Made by a program: the position numbers and the translations under genes. Positions 31,401 to 39,185 of a DNA stretch of 64,000 nucleotides are shown here, piece by piece. Source of the DNA: a bacterium (GTDB taxonomy: Bacteria; CLD3; SB21); NCBI GenBank assembly GCA_013360215.1, contig JABWCP010000001.1, positions 24,193 through 88,192 on the forward strand, given 5' to 3'. Position 1 is the stretch's first letter. Every line of letters starts with the position of its first letter. The notes beneath the pieces are model-generated. The model searched no databases, was not told the DNA's origin, and saw only the letters and a program-made list of their open reading frames with translations.

Positions 31401-32141
31401 TATATCGAACTATACAACCGCAGCGAAGCAGCCATTTCCCTGCTCAATTGGGCCATCACGGTTGGCGACGATAAAACACTTCTCGCGCAAACCGATATAT
31501 CCGTTCCTCCGCATGCATACGTCGTGATCGCCGGGACCAAAACATTTCCGGATCGTTACGATTTGGATAAGACGCAGATTATCGTTCCGGTAACCAACCT
31601 TGCCGCGTTACCGGCTAATGGTACGGCGCTGGTGTTGCAGGATTGGGTTGGCACTACGATTGACAGCTTAGCTTATACGGAACTTTGGGGTGGCGGAGAC
31701 GGTTACGCTTTGGAACGAATCCAACCGGACGCCGCATCCGATCTGATGACCTCATGGCGAACATGTGTATTCGTCGAAGGCGGCACGCCGGGAAAAATCA
31801 ACTCGGTGTACAATGGCGATAAGCCTAAAAAAATTCGCATTACCGCCGATCCGAATCCTTTTTTGACAGATGTCGCGGAGAATACCACAATCACCCTCGA
31901 AATGCCGGTAACTTATGCGCGGGTTACGATGAAAATATATGACAACCAGGGTCGTCTTATGATTACCCTGCTCAACAATCAACCGACCGGTGCGCACCGC
32001 GAAGTGATGTGGGATGGACGGGACAAAAACGGCCAACGCGTTCGTATGGGAATATATATTATTTTTATCGAGGCTATCGAAGAGTCCGGCGGATTTAATA
32101 AAACGGCTAAACAAACGATCGTTGTCGGAAAAAGATTATAA
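25437..32141 (+). CDS. Secreted lamin-tail-domain/CARDB repeat surface protein with FlgD-Ig (T9SS-like) C-terminus
   Basis: Signal peptide; 7 LTD starts (I[S/N]E[VIF]M[FY]...E[WF]IELYN...TPG); about 8 CARDB-like modules; C-terminus PNPF...KIYD..GR....L...WDGRD.NG..V..GIY. Confidence 0.85.
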   Translation: MRQLRFFILLIFTAIPLAFAQSDSITISEVMFSTSNTLDFIELYNYSKTQTIDLAKYIITDGAGNNDSDRISSAGEGLLLYPGQFAILLDPDYFLPPNASGRVYDISIPDTARIVTIDTNQTGGFVLGNGSLSNTTAETIHLIKVQSGIPRDTISRYTYSLGNNTSYSDEKITLNNDNNSSNWTNSIYLNGTPGAPPETNLSINDHRMIFTPPDPLTGASVTIGAIVTNKAITTSDSFRVLFYLDADKNGTADVSELLDSVSYNGSLPRNTSDTIFFTTSSIASGINYYIARIGSIYPYADTVLSDQSLRDSVQTTPAYNVSWSASSVFSPSSPTTGDTVTYARAMYNTGIADITHFAAYLYIDQNHNGMVETGEKVDSSNYNDILPSGDSVVIYFTIPDVQRGKLNLLLDLPADSLGPVPDEQPADNRTSDSANIRAAMSLTLTSASALKPSYNYIADTMAIKAVVHNNGSTTASGFSVMLYHDANTDGLPDTNERVDSVRYTSSLDATVSDSITLYWLPTSEGNVSLIVKLDSSTVQPLTDEDGSDNTHTLNALIYPRPDSITFSEIMFDPLGSEDSNEFVELYNFGSHAVDLLNWQIADSLGHDAIQDAGNGTVLQAGQYAIVFENEYALNTGRYTSRIPSSALVLTINGSTFGSSSSGLVGTYPKQLFLVRSLGDTISTYRYSLDNTEGHSDTKINPSEINTPANWANSLITDGTPGAHAEVNLSLLGQRLRFAPSEIPSGTQTVISVTVKDSGIAPVNIFKIAMYHDTNRNAIPEPEEIIDSLVFSGQLYFGDSVIFTANTPALSYGVHYFIARISQGEVSPYGDTLYYNDMLADSIKTKPSGDIALNRGRLILGEIATRGNSFSIGAYAYNMGTQPVQSFTVRWYEDRDGNYTTAPEERIDSNTYTGNLLPGDSTFLQINYPNATYGKHRIMAEAISSSVQPIADEEPSNNLLVDSIEAGARPRDILISEFMYLAVTDSIPEWIEIYNSSALSISLMNWQLYDKTSDVVLTDRSDTLHAGQFGIIVKDSVVFHKKYGNKLSDVLYIYPPSMPSLNNTGGDIIKLSTPAGLTVDSLNYLTSWGDDEGISLERKLNDSASFSMNNWTLSSDPSGGTPGTKNTATPQLRDLSITSHDILWTPAYPTLGEIFQVKATVRNLGITSSGASTILLYAYSGHDSTLLQTTNSPAILPGDSLVIVSSPITNEPQTYVGIQIDYAEDERLSNNFAKRFVPAATPRQTVVINEIMYKPGTGHTEWIELYNRSQNAVDLRSWRISDGNADLTAPATAKTITTQSVILQPDSFIIIAKDSAQFSSQYGTPLHAVYLSSMPALNDPGDMITIQDSLGGIVDSLVYLSGWGGSSDRTLERRFYDSVSYLTSNWLSCEIPIGATPGHPNSVKPLHHDLSVKASPLRVTPSYPRIGEAFTITAPIYNQGLEPVNDASLRWLRIRAQHDTVILSDEIIGTLNAGDSLKISYSDTARQIGDSIVALILSGSDERTLNNKSAVPLITSTRRNALVINEIMYDPGSNRPEWIELYNPGADTIDLKNWRMADESTIANPKTFAGTSLRIPSQHYVIITKDASALALTYPLLSSPVVTMSSFPTLNQTGDLILLTDSLSVTVDSVFYENTWGGANGFSIERISATDNANSPNNWKTSEANAGATPGVMNSTTPVALDLSIRTNDVWFDPPFPSPGQPVQIHIRIRNKGLQNITNAAVVRVYNDINNDSIPQITEIIDSTIVPALLSGDSLFVTIQWTIPVSASRRLSKALSMGSRKIIIQLDFAGDERTENNLLFTALPLGTPFQSVVINEFMYETDTSRTEFIELYNPGTTSWDLKDWKIADGSSVVSITDVSVSFLSGTYKVLAPDSSFFRKFSTTPASSVIIVPGLPSLNNTGDAIRLADDLGATVDSLTYSNTWGGAKNISVERIDADVSSDEPNNWTTSLTTQGHSAGLVNSIVSAEPFVKQSLIINEIMFSPMSGEPEYIELYNRSEAAISLLNWAITVGDDKTLLAQTDISVPPHAYVVIAGTKTFPDRYDLDKTQIIVPVTNLAALPANGTALVLQDWVGTTIDSLAYTELWGGGDGYALERIQPDAASDLMTSWRTCVFVEGGTPGKINSVYNGDKPKKIRITADPNPFLTDVAENTTITLEMPVTYARVTMKIYDNQGRLMITLLNNQPTGAHREVMWDGRDKNGQRVRMGIYIIFIEAIEESGGFNKTAKQTIVVGKRL

Positions 32142-32145
32142 AAAA

Positions 32146-32206
32146 AACCGCTGCCTCAGAAATAAATTTATTGGGATAAATTTTTTTTTCTTCTGGGACA
32201 GCGGTT
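32146..32206. terminator. Long imperfect hairpin between convergent genes
   Basis: AACCGCTG..TCAGAA / TTCTGG..CAGCGGTT arms with inner AAATTTAT/ATAAATTT. The A-run on the left gives a U-tail for the minus strand. Confidence 0.6.
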
Positions 32207-32221
32207 CAAATAAATTTCACA

Positions 32222-33016
32222 TCAGAACGGATGTTCCATAGATAAATAAACAAAGATCTGTTTGGTTTTAGAGGAACCGTTGAGTTGCAGCGGTACCGAT
32301 AATCCGGGCACCACCTGCATCGAACCGATTTCTTTGGCAAAGCAGAAACCGGGGTTGATGATATGTGTTCCTTTATTCTTCAGCGACGTCCCGTCAACTT
32401 CATCTTCAAATACGCCCACATATTCTATGAAAACATTCAGATTGGATTTTACCAACCATATCGCGCTGGCGCCGATATTATATGCTTTTTGAATTTTCTT
32501 TTTGCTGCCTACATCCACACCGGGAACCATCGTCATACCCACATTCACATGCGCTGCCCATTGGGCGGAGAAACGTTTACTGACAGGTAGACCGATCTGA
32601 TAGCCTATTTTGCCGGAGCCTAAACCTTTATTATCGTTACCGGTCGGCAGCAGAACCGTAAAACGCGGTGACACATTGTATCCCGCAGGATCGGCCATCC
32701 ACTGATATCGGTAGTTAACAGCCACATCGCCAAAACCGCTCGGACCGTTATGAAGCCACTGATAAGGCAATGTATAACTCAACTGATGTTTTTCCTGATG
32801 CGGTAAAAAAAACATCGGCCACTCCTGCGTCAAACCGTATTCCCAATCTTTCGACGGTCTTGTATAGATAAGACCCGAAATGTGCTGCACGACCCGCGCT
32901 TCCTGATTGTAAGCTTCCTCCAGCATAAACGAATTGTCACTGATTGCTTCGGGATATTCGGTTTGCGCCCAAAGGCTTTGAACACCGACCAAAATGAAGA
33001 GTAACCGCTTAATCAT
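32222..33016 (-). CDS. Putative outer-membrane beta-barrel 'transporter' (MetA-pathway-like)
   Basis: Signal peptide, DNSF.LEEAYNQE, GFGD, LPTG..GLG.G, amphipathic strands, terminal Phe. AAGGAG RBS before ATG 33016. Confidence 0.7.
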   Translation of the reverse strand: MIKRLLFILVGVQSLWAQTEYPEAISDNSFMLEEAYNQEARVVQHISGLIYTRPSKDWEYGLTQEWPMFFLPHQEKHQLSYTLPYQWLHNGPSGFGDVAVNYRYQWMADPAGYNVSPRFTVLLPTGNDNKGLGSGKIGYQIGLPVSKRFSAQWAAHVNVGMTMVPGVDVGSKKKIQKAYNIGASAIWLVKSNLNVFIEYVGVFEDEVDGTSLKNKGTHIINPGFCFAKEIGSMQVVPGLSVPLQLNGSSKTKQIFVYLSMEHPF

Positions 33017-33029
33017 GATGATCTCCTTG

Positions 33030-33734
33030 TTAATGATGATGTTTACGTTTGATGACATGAAGTCTTTGCGGGCGAATCGTAATTTCGGAAATCACTGTCC
33101 CGTCACGCTGCGTAAGTACGTACCCAACGGTATCTGCTACCTCCTGAGGTTCAATATACGTATCGGTTTCGTCAGACGGTGAAAAATTCAGATTATCGTA
33201 AAATGCAGTACGCGTAATATCCGGATTGATATTCACGACTTTTACGCCTTGTTTGCGGCATTCATCAAATAAAGAAGCCGAAAAATGCCGTAAACCCGCT
33301 TTGGTGGCGGCATAAGCGGCGCCCATACGGCTGGGTTCCAAGGCCGTTACGGAAGCAATATGAATGATAAACCCGCGTTGTTCGCGAATACGGCGTAAAA
33401 AAAGATGCGTAAGAATAAGCGGCGCCGTCAGATTGGTCGTTACCATATCCTGTAGCGTGCGCAAAGGAATTTCCTCATGCGGCGCAAAATATCCGAATCC
33501 GGCGCTGTGTATTAACACATCCAGCGATTCTTTCGTCGGCCATTTTTTTTCAACTTCTTCGAGCGCATTTATATCCCGAACGTCACACACTATCGGTACG
33601 AAGTTCGCATGACGCCAGGTTGTTTTATCAAAATTACGTGCAAGTCCATAAACCCGGTACCCCATTTCAGTAAGCTTCTGCGCCGTGGCCAATCCTATCC
33701 CGGATGAAGCGCCGGTTATCAATGCCGTTTTCAT
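33030..33734 (-). CDS. SDR family oxidoreductase
   Basis: TGASSGIG, SAG, IAS, catalytic YAATK, NPDITRT. Confidence 0.92.
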   Translation of the reverse strand: MKTALITGASSGIGLATAQKLTEMGYRVYGLARNFDKTTWRHANFVPIVCDVRDINALEEVEKKWPTKESLDVLIHSAGFGYFAPHEEIPLRTLQDMVTTNLTAPLILTHLFLRRIREQRGFIIHIASVTALEPSRMGAAYAATKAGLRHFSASLFDECRKQGVKVVNINPDITRTAFYDNLNFSPSDETDTYIEPQEVADTVGYVLTQRDGTVISEITIRPQRLHVIKRKHHH

Positions 33735-34750
33735 AGGATTATCCTCTCCTCTTGGACATAAGGACTCATTGTTTTACGAATGAAATCCAGCATACTTTCC
33801 CGATCGAGGTCAGTATAACTCATAGTTTGATCTTTTTCGTCGTACGGATAAAACAAAATATCGGAATCAACACGCATAGCACGAATATTATTAAGATAAT
33901 TTTTATTCATACGAAAAACACCCAGACTTACATCATGCAGCGCTGCGCCCGGAATACGTTCGAATATGTATTCAATACAACGGCTATATACGGCTTGCCA
34001 ATCCTTGATTTTCAAAATCGGATCGATACACAAACGCACTTTCCGTCCGTCTTTTACAGCTTGTGCCATCGCCGAAAGTCTTGTATCTAATGGCGGCGTG
34101 CCGGATTCATATACTTTTATAATCTCATCCGGTGAGCATGTCCATGCCAAAATCACGTTATCTGAAACCGGCGTATCGCGTATGGCATCATAAGCGCCGG
34201 ATTTGGTGCGAATTTCAACCACCAGATCCCGTCGTTGTGCGGCGAAATGAATCCAGCGATGACACTGCGGGAGAAATGACTCCATCGCCAGCAAATCGGT
34301 ATCGTACGATACACACAAATACAGGGGACCCTTGGCCAACTCAGCAACGACGCTATCAAAAAAAGCATCCGGATTGACAAAGAACAAAAGATGCGCTGAC
34401 GGGAACATACCCTGCAAATAACAATAATCACAATTGTAAACACAGTTGAGCGCCATCGCATTGTAAAAAAAACGATCATGCCCGAAACTCGGCGTCTGCG
34501 GTGAACCGGCGTATAAATAACCTTCGCGTTTGACAGCAAGAATGATATCCATCGCCCGTTTTTGAAGCTGAAAGTCTTGATGCTTGCGGTTAAAAACATC
34601 TTTATAATGCCGTATCGGAATGCGTCGGGCTGTCGGAAACCGCGCAAGAATAGTTTGCGCGTCCGGATAAGCTTCTGCGCCGTCCTCGATATAAATACGG
34701 CTAAAATGTTTACTGAATGAGCTTTTGTCGAAGCCGCTCCACGCGTGCAT
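33731..34750 (-). CDS. Spore photoproduct lyase (SplB)-like radical SAM protein
   Basis: NCVYNCDYCYLQ, VN, EIRTKS, SP...YE.GTP.L..RL.A, IDPI. Confidence 0.85.
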   Translation of the reverse strand: MHAWSGFDKSSFSKHFSRIYIEDGAEAYPDAQTILARFPTARRIPIRHYKDVFNRKHQDFQLQKRAMDIILAVKREGYLYAGSPQTPSFGHDRFFYNAMALNCVYNCDYCYLQGMFPSAHLLFFVNPDAFFDSVVAELAKGPLYLCVSYDTDLLAMESFLPQCHRWIHFAAQRRDLVVEIRTKSGAYDAIRDTPVSDNVILAWTCSPDEIIKVYESGTPPLDTRLSAMAQAVKDGRKVRLCIDPILKIKDWQAVYSRCIEYIFERIPGAALHDVSLGVFRMNKNYLNNIRAMRVDSDILFYPYDEKDQTMSYTDLDRESMLDFIRKTMSPYVQEERIIL

Positions 34751-35543
34751 TGCGCTCCTGTTTATTTTCTCCGGCCCATTGTGTCATATCCATGAGATCA
34801 CCGGGTAAGTAACCATTACGAATTTTATAACTGCGTGCCGCATCAAAAAGCGCTATACGCTGGGCATGACTGGGTTTGATCATTTCAAAAATGTGCTGCA
34901 TGGTTTCCTGTTCATTCACACCCAACACTTCTTTATCAATATACATCGCCGACAGAACATCCAGACACGAGGAAAACTTCGGCAAACATTGCATAGTAAG
35001 ATTTTCGATAAAATCCGAAGTTATACCCTTGATTTGTAAATGATCGGACACGATTTTCAGAACATGAATACGTTCTAACGGCAAAAAACGCGTTGATGCA
35101 ACAAAAAAACCGCTCGCCTCCATATCATAGAGCGCATGGTCAACGGAACTTACAGACTGGTTTTCTTGCGGCCGATCTACGGTTCGCAAAACACTCTCCC
35201 CCATCGTCAAACGGATACTCCCGTCGGGATAATAATCTCTGCCGGAAACTACGTCCGTGATCTTGTGAATGCGCCAAAGCGAGCCGATATCGAGTGATGT
35301 ATCCGATGCGCCGCAGATTCCGAAATTCCACAACGTATGAAGATGGCCTGTCGTGTAGAGGTACGTAGCAGCCGTTGCTGATTTGATTTTTCCGATCCCG
35401 CTGACGATCAGGCTTATGGTTTCGTTTTCGAACACTTCAAACGCCGTATGCGCGATGTTTTTTTTCAATCGCCATGCGCGTATCAGCGGCGCGGCTTCCG
35501 GGCGTAATGCGACGACGATACCGTGCTTAGTGCTTTTTTTCAC
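34710..35543 (-). CDS. Nucleoside phosphorylase / MTA-SAH nucleosidase-fold protein
   Basis: VAL..EA, SGIGK..SA.A, NFGICGA, YDMEASGF, KIVSD. GTG 35543 has GGAG upstream and overlaps the end of mce. Confidence 0.8.
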   Translation of the reverse strand: MKKSTKHGIVVALRPEAAPLIRAWRLKKNIAHTAFEVFENETISLIVSGIGKIKSATAATYLYTTGHLHTLWNFGICGASDTSLDIGSLWRIHKITDVVSGRDYYPDGSIRLTMGESVLRTVDRPQENQSVSSVDHALYDMEASGFFVASTRFLPLERIHVLKIVSDHLQIKGITSDFIENLTMQCLPKFSSCLDVLSAMYIDKEVLGVNEQETMQHIFEMIKPSHAQRIALFDAARSYKIRNGYLPGDLMDMTQWAGENKQERNARVERLRQKLIQ

Positions 35544-35937
35544 AAAGCTCCAGTAATACGCCGCCTGTGGACTTAGGATGCACAAATGCTATTTTGGCGC
35601 CGTGCGCACCTGTTTTCGGTACTTCATCAATAAGCTGAAATCCTTTAGCTTTGAGATCGGCGAGTTTTTCTTCGATTCCCGTCACACCGATCGCGACATG
35701 CGCAATACCGCCTTTACCATTATTTTTTTCAATGAATTTGGTAATCGGGCTTTCGGGATCAGTACCCGCAAGTAATTCGATCGAAGATTCGCCGACTTTA
35801 AAAAAAGCCGTCTCGACTTTTTGATCCGCCACGATTTCGCGACCATGGTATTCAAATCCCATAGCCTTATATAATTCGATGAATTTTTCAAGATCGGGTA
35901 CTGCAATTCCGAGATGATCGATTTTTTCGAGTTTCAT
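35527..35937 (-). CDS. mce: Methylmalonyl-CoA epimerase
   Basis: IDHLGIAV, QKVETAF, IELL, GGIAHVA, FVHPKSTGGVLLEL. Confidence 0.93.
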   Translation of the reverse strand: MKLEKIDHLGIAVPDLEKFIELYKAMGFEYHGREIVADQKVETAFFKVGESSIELLAGTDPESPITKFIEKNNGKGGIAHVAIGVTGIEEKLADLKAKGFQLIDEVPKTGAHGAKIAFVHPKSTGGVLLELCEKKH

Positions 35938-35942
35938 CTGCG

Positions 35943-36818
35943 TTATCCTTGTTTTGCCGCTTTAAGTGTATTTTTGAGTAGCATAACGATCGTCATCGGA
36001 CCCACACCGCCGGGAACGGGTGTGATGGCTGACGCCACTTCTTTGGCCGAATCAAAGTGAACATCCCCTACCAAACGTGATCCCGATTTGGTGGACGGAT
36101 CGGATATGCGATTGATTCCCACGTCAATCACCACCGCGCCCGGCTTGAGCATTTCGCCGCGTATCATTTCCGCACGCCCCACCGCCGCAACGACGATATC
36201 GGCTTGCTTGATAAAATATGTCATGTCCGGTGTTCCCGTATGGCATACCGTCACGGTAGAATTAGCGCCTTTGGCTTTTTGCACCAGCATATTGGCCAAA
36301 GGTTTTCCCACGATATTGCTACGTCCTACGATCACGGTATGTTTTCCTGATGGGTCGGCGTCCGAACGCATGAGTAATTCCTGCACCCCGGCCGGTGTAC
36401 ATGGCAAAAAAATCGCATCCCCTATCGCCAAACGGCCGACGTTAAAAGGATGAAAACAATCTACGTCCTTGGCCGGATTGATGGCATTGATGATAAGCGA
36501 TTCATTGATGTGTTTTGGCAAAGGCAATTGCACTAAAATACCGGTGACCGAAGGATCCTTGTTAAGCCGATCAATCAGAGCCAGCAGATCTTTTTCAGGC
36601 ATCGTTGTGGGTTGTTTGATCGTTTCATGTGCCATGCCGACTTGTTCACAGGCCAACCCTTTGTTGCGAACATAAACTTGTGAGGCCGGATCTTCGCCGA
36701 CTAAGACAACGACCAATTTGGGCTGCACATTTTTTATTTTAAGCGCTTCGACTTCTTGCGCAATTTCACGTTTGATGGATTCGGCGATTTGTTTACCATC
36801 GATTATTTTTGCATTCAC
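35943..36818 (-). CDS. folD: Methylenetetrahydrofolate dehydrogenase/cyclohydrolase
   Basis: IIDGK, SQVYVRNK, LVQLPLP, KDVD, PCTP, GRSNIVGKP, TPVPGGVGPMT. Confidence 0.97.
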   Translation of the reverse strand: MNAKIIDGKQIAESIKREIAQEVEALKIKNVQPKLVVVLVGEDPASQVYVRNKGLACEQVGMAHETIKQPTTMPEKDLLALIDRLNKDPSVTGILVQLPLPKHINESLIINAINPAKDVDCFHPFNVGRLAIGDAIFLPCTPAGVQELLMRSDADPSGKHTVIVGRSNIVGKPLANMLVQKAKGANSTVTVCHTGTPDMTYFIKQADIVVAAVGRAEMIRGEMLKPGAVVIDVGINRISDPSTKSGSRLVGDVHFDSAKEVASAITPVPGGVGPMTIVMLLKNTLKAAKQG

Positions 36819-36875
36819 GGATGTATCCTCGTATATAGATTCGATAATGAAGTTATTTTTACAAACCGATTGTTT

Positions 36876-38555
36876 CTAATATCCAGCCGCATATCCCATA
36901 ATTCGTTGATCCGCTTCCCCGTGATAATATCCAGTCCGAGGATCAATCCAGATGGAATGGGCGTCACCGATAAATGGCCGTTCTGATAATATATATCCGT
37001 TTCGTAATAAAAAAGCACGTCGCGTTTCGTCTAGTTTATCTTTTTCGTAGGATAACACATTCGGTGACCACGTATGACTCAAGCGTGGACGATCCACCGC
37101 CTTCCGCAAGGAATCCCCATAATCTATCATACCGATGATGATTTGCAGTACGGTATTGATGATTGTTTTACCGCCGGGCGAACCCGTGATCAAAAACGGT
37201 TTGTCATCTTTGAGAATGATCACCGGTGTCATCGAACTCAACATGCGCTTATGCGGTTCGATACGATTGGGTTTTTGCCCATGAACGGGAAAACGATTAC
37301 TATCCGGAAAAATATCAAAATCATGCATTTCATTATTGAGCAAAAATCCTAAACCGGTCACCACAGCTTTGGAACCAAAATTATCTTCGAGAGTATAGGT
37401 ATTGGAAACGCAATTACCGTCTTTATCAATGACCGAAAAATGTGTAGTCTCGTTCGGCTCCTGCTTCATGGCTAAGGCCGGTATTTTAGCATTGATACGC
37501 GCCGAATCAATCCATGAAGCCAACTTGCGAGCCAGTACTTTATCCGTCAGAGCGGAAACCGGAATATCTGAAAAATCAGGATCACCGAGATAAACTAACC
37601 TGTCTAAAAAGGAACGGCGCATCGTTTCGATCACGCGGCGCGTTGATATCGAATCGTCATGCAGTGTAAAATTTTCGAGTATATTCAACATCTCGATCAA
37701 TGTCACTCCACCCGAAGACGGCGGCGGCATGCTGTATATGGTATAACCGCGATAATTCCCTCGTATGGGTTCCCGCACCACCGCTTCGTAGGCCGCAAGA
37801 TCCGCCTGCGTGATCAGACCGCCATGCGCTTTCATATCATCGGCTATTTGTGTGGCGATTTTACCCCGGTAAAAAACATCCGCACCTTCATCGGCTATAG
37901 CACGCAAAGTCGCTGCTAGTTCTTTTTGAATCCACCGTTCGCCCTCGGCATAAGGTGATCCGTCGGCTTTAAAAAACATGCGCGCCGTTTCATCAAACCG
38001 TTTGAGTGCCGGCGCAAATTCACTTAGTCGCCGTGCTTCTGCCGCCTCGAGAATAAACCCTTCTTCCGCGAGACGTATCGCGGGGTTTATCAGTTCCGAC
38101 CAGGGCAGCTTACCGTACAATTTCCATGCTTTTTCAAGCCCGCGAACTGTTCCCGGCACACCGGCAACTTTGTATCCATAATTACTGGCGATCGTATCCT
38201 CGCTGCCATCCGCATTCAAAAACATGCGTGCATGCGCTTGATGCGGCGCTTTTTCACGATAGTCTATGGCTTTCACATTTCCGTCGGATGTTCGCACCAT
38301 CATAAATCCGCCACCGCCGATATTGCCGGCTTGCGGATACGTCACGGCCAAAGCAAAAGCCGTAGCAATAGCCGCGTCCACGGCATGGCCGCCTTTTTGT
38401 AAAATTTCCAACCCGACACGCGCCGCATTCTGATCAACACAGACCACGACACCGTTTTGTGCGGTTACGGAAGATGATATACGCGATGTTTGGTGCGAAT
38501 TCTGACAGGAGGGAAAAATTATCAGTGCGGTAAGAAAAAAAATCCGAAGAAGCAT
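36876..38555 (-). CDS. ggt: Gamma-glutamyltransferase (lipoprotein)
   Basis: GNIGGGGF, IDYRE, PPPSSGG, ETTHFSVID, LNNEM.DF, RMLSSMTP, GSPGG. Confidence 0.96.
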   Translation of the reverse strand: MLLRIFFLTALIIFPSCQNSHQTSRISSSVTAQNGVVVCVDQNAARVGLEILQKGGHAVDAAIATAFALAVTYPQAGNIGGGGFMMVRTSDGNVKAIDYREKAPHQAHARMFLNADGSEDTIASNYGYKVAGVPGTVRGLEKAWKLYGKLPWSELINPAIRLAEEGFILEAAEARRLSEFAPALKRFDETARMFFKADGSPYAEGERWIQKELAATLRAIADEGADVFYRGKIATQIADDMKAHGGLITQADLAAYEAVVREPIRGNYRGYTIYSMPPPSSGGVTLIEMLNILENFTLHDDSISTRRVIETMRRSFLDRLVYLGDPDFSDIPVSALTDKVLARKLASWIDSARINAKIPALAMKQEPNETTHFSVIDKDGNCVSNTYTLEDNFGSKAVVTGLGFLLNNEMHDFDIFPDSNRFPVHGQKPNRIEPHKRMLSSMTPVIILKDDKPFLITGSPGGKTIINTVLQIIIGMIDYGDSLRKAVDRPRLSHTWSPNVLSYEKDKLDETRRAFLLRNGYILSERPFIGDAHSIWIDPRTGYYHGEADQRIMGYAAGY

Positions 38556-38570
38556 AATCCCAATCTCAAA

Positions 38571-38592
38571 CTAAATTGCTGAAGCAATTTAG
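38571..38592. promoter_or_regulatory. Perfect palindrome (putative operator) upstream of ggt
   Basis: CTAAATTGCT-GA-AGCAATTTAG, 15 bp before the ggt start. Confidence 0.5.
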
Positions 38593-38630
38593 CGAATATG
38601 ATAAAAAACCACAAGCAACGATTGTATAAC

Positions 38631-38677
38631 GTGTAAGCTTCGTTTCGCGATTTTTATAGTTAAAACGAAGCTTACGC
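38631..38677. repeat. Intergenic inverted repeat / hairpin downstream of the TlpA gene
   Basis: GTAAGCTTCGTTT-N17-AAACGAAGCTTAC, 13-bp perfect arms. Confidence 0.6.
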
Positions 38678-38691
38678 AAGGTTCAAAAAAA

Positions 38692-39168
38692 TCACATCAA
38701 GGCTTCACGCACCGCGGCTTCAAATTTGGCCTTGGATTGCAAACCGATCATGGTTTTTACGGATTTACCGTTTTTATCAATGATCACCGTCGTGGGAAAT
38801 GCCTGCACTTGAAACTGTTGGGCGAACGCATCGTCACCATACCATACCGGATAATTGATATTAAATTCTTTCACCGTCGGCTTCGAAGCTTCGGCGGATT
38901 CGGACTCGAGAAGAACACCGAGCACAACTACATCTTTGTCCTTCATTTCGTTATGCAAAGCGATGAGATCCGGAATTTCTTTTTTACATGGTCCGCACCA
39001 CGTCGCCCAAATATTTAATAAAACCGTTTTGCCGCGGTATTGTGAAAGCGAAACGGTATTCCCGTCGAGATCTTTGATCGTAAAATCCACAGCGCCACCC
39101 GATCCGGGTTTATTGCAACCCGATAACATGAGTCCTGACAAAACAAATATCGCGAGAGACCAACGCAT
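38692..39168 (-). CDS. TlpA/ResA-family thiol-disulfide oxidoreductase lipoprotein
   Basis: Lipobox LSGC; NIWATWCGPC..EIP; FPTT..ID..G. Confidence 0.92.
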   Translation of the reverse strand: MRWSLAIFVLSGLMLSGCNKPGSGGAVDFTIKDLDGNTVSLSQYRGKTVLLNIWATWCGPCKKEIPDLIALHNEMKDKDVVVLGVLLESESAEASKPTVKEFNINYPVWYGDDAFAQQFQVQAFPTTVIIDKNGKSVKTMIGLQSKAKFEAAVREALM

Positions 39169-39185
39169 AAAAACTCCTTATGAAG

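Noticed and set aside
33731-34750. Calling the radical SAM gene splB (true spore photoproduct lyase)
   Set aside because: The family resemblance is clear, but the gene context and apparent loss of the H-donor Cys make the function unsupported.
36815-37018. 67-aa ORF bridging ggt and folD
   Set aside because: Mostly overlaps the ggt 3' end in another frame, with no RBS or motif.
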